DNA from: a virus
IMG/VR virus record: IMGVR_UViG_3300047553_000365
Coordinates: 1 to 64,000 of that record
Reading direction: 5' to 3' (one strand)
DNA length: 64,000 nt
Below, in pieces: positions 55,119-63,129 of this stretch; position 1 is the first letter of the stretch; the number at the start of each line of letters is the position of its first letter. A program made the position numbers and the translations under genes. The notes beneath the pieces are model-generated. The model was given only the letters and a program-made list of their open reading frames with translations. It was not told the origin of the DNA and ran no database searches.

Positions 55119-56027
55119 TTAATCTTTCTTTCTCTTAACAATTTTACCAGTTTCTTCTCCCCAAATAATAAGAGGACATTCACGCTTGTAAGTCATTTTA
55201 ACAGTCTCCCCAATGAACTTGAAGATTCCACCAATTCCCCCAAAGAACCCACAGATAACCCTATCTGCTTTGGTAATATGATCGGCAGTTACAAATTGAT
55301 CTAGAACATTCCACAGAATCTTAATACACACTACAAAGATAGCAATACAAAGAATAATAATTGCAGCTTGAAGGAATCCCAAGATATGCATTGCACAGAA
55401 AGCATACATCTTATAGACTACAAATAGAATAGCAGCCACAACCACAGGAATCAAACACTTAACAACGATGGCAGCATACTTGGAAATAGTATTGATAGCC
55501 TTACGCTTAAATGCTTCTCTTTTTTGGTGTTTCTCCATAGCCTTTTTTCTAACCTCATCAAGTTCCGCCATTCTTTTCTTGGCAATAGGATAATGGGTTT
55601 TCTTCCAATTAGTATTCGCCTTAAACCATGCAGCATATCTAGAAATTTCGTCTGAACCATAATTATAATAAAGATAATTAAATAGTCCATCGAAAAGTTG
55701 TGCATTGTTTTTATATTTTTTAAAACATTCAACAATTACATGAGCAGGTGGTTCAAGTGGGGTATTCAACTTGGCTTTAAGTTTCTCGTATTTACTAGTT
55801 TCCATCTTATCCGAGAAATCCGCCAATGGTTTGAGAGAAACTATATAAAGAAGTTTGGCCACAAAGACAAAGGGCAAACAAATAAGGGCAAGCCAAGTCA
55901 TCCAAAAGAACGGACAATAACCCATATAAAAATTCGGCGCATCAATACCAAAAGTGTAAAGTTGAATTTTACACATCCAATGATTGCAATCCAGTTTCTT
56001 TTCTTTCTTTCTAATATCTTCGTTCAT
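55119..56027 (-). CDS. multi-TM membrane protein
   Basis: YCPFFWMTWLALI; several TM segments. Confidence 0.75.
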   Translation of the reverse strand: MNEDIRKKEKKLDCNHWMCKIQLYTFGIDAPNFYMGYCPFFWMTWLALICLPFVFVAKLLYIVSLKPLADFSDKMETSKYEKLKAKLNTPLEPPAHVIVECFKKYKNNAQLFDGLFNYLYYNYGSDEISRYAAWFKANTNWKKTHYPIAKKRMAELDEVRKKAMEKHQKREAFKRKAINTISKYAAIVVKCLIPVVVAAILFVVYKMYAFCAMHILGFLQAAIIILCIAIFVVCIKILWNVLDQFVTADHITKADRVICGFFGGIGGIFKFIGETVKMTYKRECPLIIWGEETGKIVKRKKD

Positions 56028-56028
56028 A

Positions 56029-56256
56029 TTATTCGTTTTCTTTTTGTTGTTTAAGTTGTTGTTCCATTAATTCGTTTTGTCGTCTAAGTTCTTCCACCAT
56101 CTGTTTTTGTTGTCTTACCGATTCAATTCTAGGACTGATATAAGTAAGATCTCCCCCACTATACATGGAATAAACCACAGTAAAAATTAGGGAAAAGAGA
56201 GTCAAACATATCAATGATGTAACAATTATTTCCAGTAGTGTATATCCTTTTTTCAT
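56029..56256 (-). CDS. prepilin-type N-terminal cleavage/methylation motif protein
   Basis: MKKG|YTLLEIIVTSLICLTLFSLIF. Confidence 0.7.
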   Translation of the reverse strand: MKKGYTLLEIIVTSLICLTLFSLIFTVVYSMYSGGDLTYISPRIESVRQQKQMVEELRRQNELMEQQLKQQKENE

Positions 56257-56567
56257 TTTGTCAAACATTTTTGTTTTGCGTATTCAAGAGAAGCAGCCCT
56301 AGCCATTGACCATCCAAATTTGTTAGGAATAAATCTACCAATGACTGCATAGTTTTCGTCAAGAAAGTGAGGATCAAGAGTTTCAAACTCTGTATGAATT
56401 CCTGCCAGTAGCATTAGCTTATGGCCATTAAATGTAATACAGCCATGATACTTTGCTTCCACAATAGTATTACCATTACAATGAGATATTGTAACAATAT
56501 CAAAATTGTGTGGGTCTGGTTTACAGCCCATAGCAATCATCTTAATATCAGGAGCCATACTTAACAA
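56253..56567 (-). CDS. hypothetical protein
   Basis: ORF track. Confidence 0.65.
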   Translation of the reverse strand: MLSMAPDIKMIAMGCKPDPHNFDIVTISHCNGNTIVEAKYHGCITFNGHKLMLLAGIHTEFETLDPHFLDENYAVIGRFIPNKFGWSMARAASLEYAKQKCLTK

Positions 56568-56775
56568 TCAATGGATGAAGTTCTTTGCGAACAATTGTGC
56601 TATTATAATATCCACGAATCTTTTCTCCCTGAATATTACGAAAATGATTTGACCTAGCATCAGTGGATGCAATGATATTATCGAATAGAATACCAGCGTA
56701 TTCCAATCTAACACTATAATCTTTTCTAGTAATAAAATACCAGAACTTAGTAAGCAAGCGAACGATTAGTTTCAT
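56548..56775 (-). CDS. hypothetical protein
   Basis: ORF track. Confidence 0.5.
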   Translation of the reverse strand: MKLIVRLLTKFWYFITRKDYSVRLEYAGILFDNIIASTDARSNHFRNIQGEKIRGYYNSTIVRKELHPLIVKYGS

Positions 56776-57487
56776 ATTTTTTATTGGTTTTTGTTTCGAC
56801 TACAAATCCAGAAGTATCTTTCTTAGCTTTACCCAATGCTACCAAACCAGCAACAACATTCTTGGGATCTTTAAACCTAAGATCATGTTTAGTGGCATCA
56901 ATAACTTTCTTACCCATATAAGTTTTGGGAAGCTTATCCTTAAACACCACAGCAACATTAGCCCCACAGCCAAGGACAATTGCAACAGCATTGTCATTAT
57001 TCTCTGCCTTGGAGAATGTAAGGTGATAATTTTTAGGAAGTTCCCCCATGATGTAGCGCATCATTCTCTTATCATTCTTAGTGTAATCATAGAATTGAGT
57101 AGTGGGAAAATGCTGCATAAGAGATTTACCTTGATACTTAATTGATTCCCATGCAATATCAGAAGTAAGGTTCAACCTAAAGCAAATCTTTTCTCCCCTA
57201 CGCTTTGCAGTCCTAACCTTATTACGGACTTCCTTATAGAGTTGAGCCATAAATGATTCACGATTTTCAAAGAACCATTTAGTTTTCTTAATCCGTGCTT
57301 GTTGCACAATATCGTATTGACCATAACCAGCAGTATTAAGGCAAGATTCCTTGCAGCCCTTACTTGCATTAGGACAAACATCATGACCAGACAAATCCGT
57401 AGGTGCAAGATGAAGACCAAATGTTCTCCATCCATACTTTTCACCTTTAACGATTTTAGTATTACTTCTGCTAATTAGCTTCGTCAT
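56747..57487 (-). CDS. GP88-like protein (Cys cluster, radical-SAM-like)
   Basis: VCPNASKGCKESCL, FRLNLTSDI, QFYDYTK, YHLTFS, HDLRF. Confidence 0.75.
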   Translation of the reverse strand: MTKLISRSNTKIVKGEKYGWRTFGLHLAPTDLSGHDVCPNASKGCKESCLNTAGYGQYDIVQQARIKKTKWFFENRESFMAQLYKEVRNKVRTAKRRGEKICFRLNLTSDIAWESIKYQGKSLMQHFPTTQFYDYTKNDKRMMRYIMGELPKNYHLTFSKAENNDNAVAIVLGCGANVAVVFKDKLPKTYMGKKVIDATKHDLRFKDPKNVVAGLVALGKAKKDTSGFVVETKTNKKYETNRSLAY

Positions 57488-57521
57488 GGCCCCATTATAA
57501 GTCGGTTTTAATTAACCAAAC

Positions 57522-57740
57522 TTAACAGCCAAAGTATACAATCCCATCTTCTTCACAAAATATAAATGGAAATTCTTCCTCTGGATCATGCTCTGTGCAT
57601 TTCCTAAAGAACTCATAGTTATCTAATGGTATTGTTCTAGCCTCATCCACCTTGATATAAATGGGTTTATCATTATAGTCACAGTCTGTTAAGAAGTCCG
57701 CAACCTGCCCATAATTATTCAATCCCTCAATCTTATTCAT
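57522..57740 (-). CDS. hypothetical protein
   Basis: ORF track. Confidence 0.65.
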   Translation of the reverse strand: MNKIEGLNNYGQVADFLTDCDYNDKPIYIKVDEARTIPLDNYEFFRKCTEHDPEEEFPFIFCEEDGIVYFGC

Positions 57741-57741
57741 A

Positions 57742-58110
57742 TTAATTAGTTGTTGGTTTATTATCTAAATCCATAAAAAACTTTCTAATAGAAGTGACAT
57801 AGAACATCTTAGTTTGATTGGCGATATTCGATTTAAAAAGAAATGACGGCATATCAAAATCATTCTCATAAGCGAACACCGTAGTATTGTCATTGATTCT
57901 GCCAATGAAACTTGGATCGCTCTTAGTGATCGCCTTGTCCTTTAACACCTGACAGAGATTGGCGATAGCTTCATCGCTAGACTTCTGATTTGAAAGGAAT
58001 ATAAAGCCAAGATGTTCCAAGTAATTAGCCCTAACCTCATCTAATGTGATGTTCGCAATATTCATGTGTATGTGATATACGGGACCGCTTATGTCATACC
58101 ACGCACACAA
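57742..58110 (-). CDS. hypothetical protein
   Basis: ORF track; TATAAT 6 nt upstream of GTG. Confidence 0.65.
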   Translation of the reverse strand: MCAWYDISGPVYHIHMNIANITLDEVRANYLEHLGFIFLSNQKSSDEAIANLCQVLKDKAITKSDPSFIGRINDNTTVFAYENDFDMPSFLFKSNIANQTKMFYVTSIRKFFMDLDNKPTTN

Positions 58111-58155
58111 AGTTATTATAACTTAATGAATTTGATATTTTAATAAGTTTGTTAT

Positions 58156-58194
58156 AAAAATGAAAGTGGTGTAGTCTTTCACAACTACACCACT
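58156..58194 (-). terminator. terminator closing the ncRNA array
   Basis: AGTGGTGTAGT/ACTACACCACT 11-bp stem then TTCATTTTT. Confidence 0.8.
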
Positions 58195-58212
58195 CGTTTA
58201 GGTATATCAAAC

Positions 58213-58333
58213 AAATCTCTTTTTTATTATAGAATCCCGTTCTACCACTAAACTAACCGCTCCATAAGGAGGGTATTGGAATCGAACCAATGACTGGATT
58301 TTGGATTAATAATGTTACTTGCTGTAGAGATTT
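58213..58333 (-). ncRNA. array unit 6: Y-RNA-like, permuted tRNA domain
   Basis: AAATCTCT/AGAGATTT stem, CAGCAAGT, T arm ATTGG-TTCGATT-CCAAT, acceptor ACCCTCC-TTAT-GGAG(C)GGT, then D arm. Confidence 0.8.
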
Positions 58334-58337
58334 TATC

Positions 58338-58484
58338 AGAAATCCATCTTGTTTGCTTCCCTGCGTCTACCAGTTTCGCCATCCCCAACGTTTATTTATA
58401 TAAGTGTGGGGAGTAGGACTTGAACCTACAGGTGATCTATTGATCGCGGGACTTTACATTGCTATTATTTGCTGTTGAATTTCT
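58338..58484 (-). ncRNA. array unit 5: Y-RNA-like, permuted Leu-type tRNA domain
   Basis: AGAAATT/GATTTCT stem, CAGCAAAT, variable arm, T arm GTAGG-TTCAAGT-CCTAC, acceptor TCCCCA/TGGGGA closed by a loop, D arm GGCGAAACTGGTAGACGC. Confidence 0.8.
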
Positions 58485-58488
58485 TATC

Positions 58489-58611
58489 AGAACTTGTTTT
58501 TTTCTTTTTTCATGCTGCCACTACACCATACGCTCCGCTAGGAACGTAGCAGGATTCGAACCTGCGCCTCTTGTTTACATACAATTAGATAATATTTGCA
58601 GTTCAAGTTCT
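58489..58611 (-). ncRNA. array unit 4: Y-RNA-like, permuted tRNA domain
   Basis: AGAACTT/AAGTTCT stem, CTGCAAAT, T arm GCAGG-TTCGAAT-CCTGC, acceptor TACGTTCC-TAGC-GGAGCGTA, D arm GTGT-AGTGGCA-GCAT. Confidence 0.82.
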
Positions 58612-58615
58612 TATC

Positions 58616-58678
58616 AGATTACATTTTACTTGGTTTCATTTATCAATTGAATAGTATATATTTGCTGTATTGTAATCT
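58616..58678 (-). ncRNA. array unit 3: minimal Y-RNA-like
   Basis: AGATTAC/GTAATCT stem, CAGCAAAT, A-rich loop. Confidence 0.75.
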
Positions 58679-58682
58679 TATC

Positions 58683-58739
58683 AAGTCTCGTTTTTTCCTA
58701 TTTTGCTAATTGGTTTTTTATATTTGCTGGTTGAGACTT
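58683..58739 (-). ncRNA. array unit 2: minimal Y-RNA-like
   Basis: AAGTCTC/GAGACTT stem, CAGCAAAT, A-rich loop. Confidence 0.75.
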
Positions 58740-58743
58740 TATC

Positions 58744-58796
58744 AGAATAGTTTTGTTTCCTTTCTTAAATGTAGAATATATTTGCTGGACTATTCT
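58744..58796 (-). ncRNA. array unit 1: minimal Y-RNA-like
   Basis: AGAATAGT/ACTATTCT stem, CAGCAAAT, A-rich loop. Confidence 0.75.
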
Positions 58797-58894
58797 TATA
58801 GAATAAAGGATTCAATACTTGGGATTACCATCATTTCGCAGCAAGCTTAACTGTATCAGGGTTCCTTTTCAAGCCTTTATTCATGGCGTAATAC

Positions 58895-58923
58895 TATTTA
58901 TCACAATAGCATTACGGTGTCAA
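58895..58923 (-). promoter_or_regulatory. promoter of the ncRNA array
   Basis: TTGACA-17 nt-TAAATA (the -10 box also matches the late motif). Confidence 0.75.
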
Positions 58924-58967
58924 GTAGTTAGTGTTATGAGCAGTAAACTACTGACAAGGTGCTTAGG

Positions 58968-60620
58968 TTAAACTTCGACCATGTTTAGAATCTCTTGGTC
59001 AAGAGCTTCTTCCATGAGTTCGTAAGTGGTCTTAATCTTGCCGCTAAGGAAAGAGATAACGGATGCAGAGTATCCACCGAAGTAATACACATTAAGCGCA
59101 TTCTTACCAGTTTCAAACTTCTCACCAGTTCCCTTACCATAGTAGTTACTTTGGAGATTCCAAAGAACGATTACAAATTCATCAACATATTCCTTAGAGA
59201 ATCCTGCATTTCTAAGAGTAGTGCGAGCAGCATCCACATTAGTCTTATTCAAACTAGCAGGATTAAACTCACTATCACTAATGCACAGAATTCCACGGGG
59301 GAAATCAGATTCGGGAGTTCCTTGTTTCTTCATCTTGCAGAACAAGTTAATAACACTTTGGAAGTTGGTTGAACCAACAAATCCTGACTTATCATTCTTC
59401 CACTTGGAAGTAGGAGAATGACCATTCCACTTGTGAAGCTTTGCATCAGAATTGAATTCAATCCAATGTCCTGCGAAAGTTCCAGTAAGGAATTCACTAA
59501 AGTAAAGAGCAAGAGCCTTACCAATATCATAGCAAGTAGACTTAGTTCCAGTAGCAATGCTACCCATAGAACCAGAAGTGTCACGCACCACGATTAGGTT
59601 GGTATAGTTTTCACCTGCCTTAGCCTTATCAACAAGAGTTTGAAACTGCTTATCAATAGTAAGTTCCTTGTTAGAATCCCCTTGCCAATGACCTTCAAAG
59701 AGTTCATGGACAAATCCAGTATACTTAACAGCAGTAGTCTCAGGCTTCTTAATCCATTCAGAATACTTCTCACTAAGACCTTGATTCTTAAGGAACTTGC
59801 TCTTAACAAGAATCGACAATGCACGACCATGAATCTTACTAAAGTCGATATCCTTAAACTTACCTTGTGAGATAAGCTTTTGCCAATCGTGTGCAGATCC
59901 ACTAGTCTTAAGCTTACGATACTTCTTGTAGTTAGCAGGAGAAGTCTTGCTTCCAAACAGTAGATAACAAATCCACTTAGCAATTTGATTATTAGACTGT
60001 GCATCCACAGTAGTAGCTTGAGACTTAGCCTTGATTTGTGGAAGATACTTCTTCACAAGATCGCAGGTCTTATCATTATTAAGTGCAGCCAGAATCAGTT
60101 CACCAAACTTATCCCAATCCAATTGACGGTTTTCCCATCCATTGTAACTAAGATCATATTGCAGCATGGTAAACACATCATGCCATGAACCCACAGAAAC
60201 AAACAGCAGAATGTTATTCCAGAAAGAATCAGGAGAAACAGTGTGCAGCCAAATCATACGCATGATAGCTTCATGCTTAAGTTCAGTTCCAAGTTGAGGA
60301 TTCTTAGTCTTACTACCATCAGGCAGACTAACAATACGAGGAATGGTTCTAAGGAACAAAGTAAACTTTACTGCCTTAAGAGGATCTTCACCCCAAAGAG
60401 TAGATGCATCAGCAGCAATCTCAGAAAACTTGCGGGGAGTCTTGTAATTACCAGCCTTAGTAAATTGATCGACTAGCGTAGAGCCTGAAGATTTAAACTT
60501 CAATGCTCCATTACCAGAACGAGTCTTATTCGATTCTGCATTGGCATTAGCAAGAAACTCATTAACTTTTTTACGAGTCACTTTACGCACGGTTTCGGCT
60601 TGTCTTTTATTCTCAAACAT
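58968..60620 (-). CDS. TROVE/Ro60-like helical protein with C-terminal vWA domain (DUF2828-like)
   Basis: Helical N-terminal region; IVVRDTSGSM (MIDAS DxSxS), STNFQSV, ILCISDSEFN, IVLWNL. Confidence 0.7.
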   Translation of the reverse strand: MFENKRQAETVRKVTRKKVNEFLANANAESNKTRSGNGALKFKSSGSTLVDQFTKAGNYKTPRKFSEIAADASTLWGEDPLKAVKFTLFLRTIPRIVSLPDGSKTKNPQLGTELKHEAIMRMIWLHTVSPDSFWNNILLFVSVGSWHDVFTMLQYDLSYNGWENRQLDWDKFGELILAALNNDKTCDLVKKYLPQIKAKSQATTVDAQSNNQIAKWICYLLFGSKTSPANYKKYRKLKTSGSAHDWQKLISQGKFKDIDFSKIHGRALSILVKSKFLKNQGLSEKYSEWIKKPETTAVKYTGFVHELFEGHWQGDSNKELTIDKQFQTLVDKAKAGENYTNLIVVRDTSGSMGSIATGTKSTCYDIGKALALYFSEFLTGTFAGHWIEFNSDAKLHKWNGHSPTSKWKNDKSGFVGSTNFQSVINLFCKMKKQGTPESDFPRGILCISDSEFNPASLNKTNVDAARTTLRNAGFSKEYVDEFVIVLWNLQSNYYGKGTGEKFETGKNALNVYYFGGYSASVISFLSGKIKTTYELMEEALDQEILNMVEV

Positions 60621-60685
60621 ATTAGTATTTTAGTTTATTTTTTCGATTTGTCAATAGGCTTTTCGATTTTTTCTTTCGATGCCAC

Positions 60686-60704
60686 AGTATATTACGGTTT
60701 TAAT
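60686..60704 (-). promoter_or_regulatory. phage promoter motif upstream of the TROVE-like gene
   Basis: ATTAAAACCG-TAA-TATACT. Confidence 0.75.
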
Positions 60705-60717
60705 TACTATCTTATTT

Positions 60718-61458
60718 CTAATATAACCATAAATCTTCCTCACTTGTAATAGCACCAAACAAGAAATCATTAATAGAAAGGTAATCAGTTAGGTTATAAT
60801 TATCACCTTTAGTTGGCGACCACCATGACCCATTTCTTTGTTGGTCAGAGCATTCATCCTCCCAACTGTGTCCAATCTTTTTAAGCATTTCTTTTTGATC
60901 TGCTCTACCTTGTCCATGTAATTCTTTAGGAGAAAAATGAGACAGGCAAAACATAGAGATACTATTTCTTTCCCAATCCTTAACTCTCCATAGAAAGACA
61001 TTGGCAACATCTTCTTTCGGACATTGAAATGCTCTAGCATCAAACACAGCAGGATTATATGATCCGATATTAAATCTACCATTATCCCAATTCAAACATG
61101 TCCAAGTTTTATTGAAGTAGGCAGTCATTAGTGCAGCAGTAACAGATTCAATCTTATTCTGTCTACCACCGAACCATTGTTGAGTTTCAATACTACCACT
61201 ATCATCCAACACAAAAGTTACTTCATCACTTTGAACATACAATCCTTTACAGTTTTGCATTTCCTTAGCAACATACTTAGCAGAAATAAACATAGCATTG
61301 ATTAACTTCGTATCAAAAGGTTTATCGCAACCTTTAGTCCAAGTATGAAATGCCTTACCATCTACTCTAACAAGGATAGGAACCTTGGGAGTAAAGTAAT
61401 GTTCACTGATAGATTCGTAGTGTTTGATTCTATCACCTAATGTATCTTTGCTATTCAT
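60718..61458 (-). CDS. thg1: tRNA-His guanylyltransferase Thg1-like 3'-5' polymerase
   Basis: VRVDGKAFH, KPFD, YVQSDEVT, FGGRQNKIES, VFDARAF, FLWRVKD..RNSI. Confidence 0.92.
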   Translation of the reverse strand: MNSKDTLGDRIKHYESISEHYFTPKVPILVRVDGKAFHTWTKGCDKPFDTKLINAMFISAKYVAKEMQNCKGLYVQSDEVTFVLDDSGSIETQQWFGGRQNKIESVTAALMTAYFNKTWTCLNWDNGRFNIGSYNPAVFDARAFQCPKEDVANVFLWRVKDWERNSISMFCLSHFSPKELHGQGRADQKEMLKKIGHSWEDECSDQQRNGSWWSPTKGDNYNLTDYLSINDFLFGAITSEEDLWLY

Positions 61459-61492
61459 TTTTAATAATTTCTGCTACATTTATAATGGAAAA

Positions 61493-61628
61493 GGTGGGTG
61501 GGATATCCCAATAGCTTCATATACCTACTGAATCGAACAGTCCTTATATCATTATAGAAGAATGATATCGTGCAATTACTAGTATTTTTAAGCCCGTGAA
61601 CACTCAAGTATAGAGGCTATTGCCACCC
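61493..61628 (-). ncRNA. extended tRNA-like structured RNA
   Basis: GGGTGG/CCACCC, CAATAGC/GCTATTG, TATACTT/AGGTATA, ATATCATT-CTTCTAT-AATGATAT, ACTG-TTCGATT-CAGT. Confidence 0.6.
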
Positions 61629-61639
61629 ATTAAAATTTA

Positions 61640-61981
61640 TTATTGAAGTTCATCAAGGTCTTGATATTCTTCCACGGTGTAGGTGAACTCAATATTGTCA
61701 GGATTAACATCCTTAAAGTAACGAATAGCCCTGTCTTGAATTCTAGTAAGAGCATCCAACACAATCACCCTGCGTTCAGGAACTTTAGGAAGTTGATAGC
61801 TGTCTGCCATAGCTCTAGCCATAGCAATCTTCAAACCATCTGCTTTATTAAAGCGATCATAGACGGTATTAAGAAGAGAGAAGCCATAACGAACTTCATC
61901 ACCATTACGAACTGCGATAACAACACCACGGGGTTGCCTAGTCTTTTCATCGCGAATGTATTCTTTAATTACGGTTTGCAT
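61640..61981 (-). CDS. conserved phage hypothetical protein
   Basis: PRGVVIA...YGFSL...DRFNKADGLKIA. Confidence 0.75.
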   Translation of the reverse strand: MQTVIKEYIRDEKTRQPRGVVIAVRNGDEVRYGFSLLNTVYDRFNKADGLKIAMARAMADSYQLPKVPERRVIVLDALTRIQDRAIRYFKDVNPDNIEFTYTVEEYQDLDELQ

Positions 61982-62027
61982 ATATGTATTTTGTTTTTGT
62001 TGTGACCATAGTATAGGTCGGTTTTAA

Positions 62028-63128
62028 TTACAAATCTATTTTGTGAAATTGATAATATAATCCAATTTGTGCAGCAATCATAAGTATAAAGGCAGTAATA
62101 ACCCATCCAGTAGGAATTAGAAATGCTGTATCTCTATACATTGTCCAATCATGCGGTCTAAAATCTCTTCGCACAATTCTCTTGATATCAGGAATGATAT
62201 CATCATTCACGGGTTTATCAAGTAAAAGTGTTTGTAAATTTTGCTTTACGAGTTCAGACTTTGACCATCCGAAAACATAACACCATTCCGCAGGTTTAGT
62301 TGGTTCTCCACCATAGCAGATAACGATATCATTTTTCTTACCATTCTTCCAATATGCTTGTAGATTCTTAGCCTGTTCAATTCCATTAGGAAGTTTAACT
62401 AGAATAAGGTTAATATGTTTTTCCGCACCCAAGGCAGCATTCATCTTATCCCAATCCCAAATAGTCATTTCCGTATTACCTACTAGACGAGAAGAACAGA
62501 AGGTATTATTTTCAGGATATGAAAAGAGTCTTAACTTTCTTGCTTCCTGTTCAGAAATATCTTTATATGAATAAAGGTTTTCAGTTCCAATCAAAGGGTT
62601 TTGCCAACTGTTTGTTAATGTAACAGGATAGTCACAATACTCTGGATCGTCTTTAACATAGCTGAAGTAATCATTTCTATCACCAGAATCATAATCAGGT
62701 CTATGTCCCGGCTTGGAAACTATACCATGTTTCTTGGAGATTTGTTTAAAGAAGTTCTCTGATATACTAATATCTCCAATAGTAGTTTCAACCCACCACT
62801 TAGGATAATGCGTTTCATGTCTAGTCACCCACCTAGTATGAGTTTCAGTATTTCCCTCACTATCAGTTGTAGTGTATGTTTCAAGTTCCTCCCATTCTGC
62901 TTCCCATCTTGGAATATGAACAGCAGTTACAACCCTACCAGATAAAGTCTCTGTGTCAGATTTAACACTACATTCCGATACTCCAAGAACAAACATGATA
63001 AGGACTAGAGCAGTTCCAACACTAACACCAGCCTCTTTAATACTGATAGTTGAGAACTTCATCCATGAAATAACCCCCGCAATAACGGGGATTATCATTA
63101 GAACAAATAGCCAGTATCCGTAAGTCAT
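62028..63128 (-). CDS. membrane protein with TPM-like domain
   Basis: Two N-terminal TM, INLILV...YWKNGKKNDIVI, C-terminal TM. Confidence 0.6.
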   Translation of the reverse strand: MTYGYWLFVLMIIPVIAGVISWMKFSTISIKEAGVSVGTALVLIMFVLGVSECSVKSDTETLSGRVVTAVHIPRWEAEWEELETYTTTDSEGNTETHTRWVTRHETHYPKWWVETTIGDISISENFFKQISKKHGIVSKPGHRPDYDSGDRNDYFSYVKDDPEYCDYPVTLTNSWQNPLIGTENLYSYKDISEQEARKLRLFSYPENNTFCSSRLVGNTEMTIWDWDKMNAALGAEKHINLILVKLPNGIEQAKNLQAYWKNGKKNDIVICYGGEPTKPAEWCYVFGWSKSELVKQNLQTLLLDKPVNDDIIPDIKRIVRRDFRPHDWTMYRDTAFLIPTGWVITAFILMIAAQIGLYYQFHKIDL

Positions 63129-63129
63129 A

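Noticed and set aside
32476-58120. AAAGTTATTAT repeats (near 32480, 35036, 35052, 58110) as a separate element
   Set aside because: On the minus strand they read (T)ATAATAACTTT, best explained as -10 boxes
58459-58650. Plus-strand 63-aa ORF
   Set aside because: Antisense to the ncRNA array, with no coding features
58213-58800. CRISPR array
   Set aside because: The repeats are not identical, the intervening segments vary widely in length and contain tRNA arms, the flanks covary as stems, and no cas gene is seen
58995-60476. Several overlapping short ORFs inside the vWA gene
   Set aside because: Shadow ORFs of a 550-aa gene; the same applies to most antisense ORFs in the track
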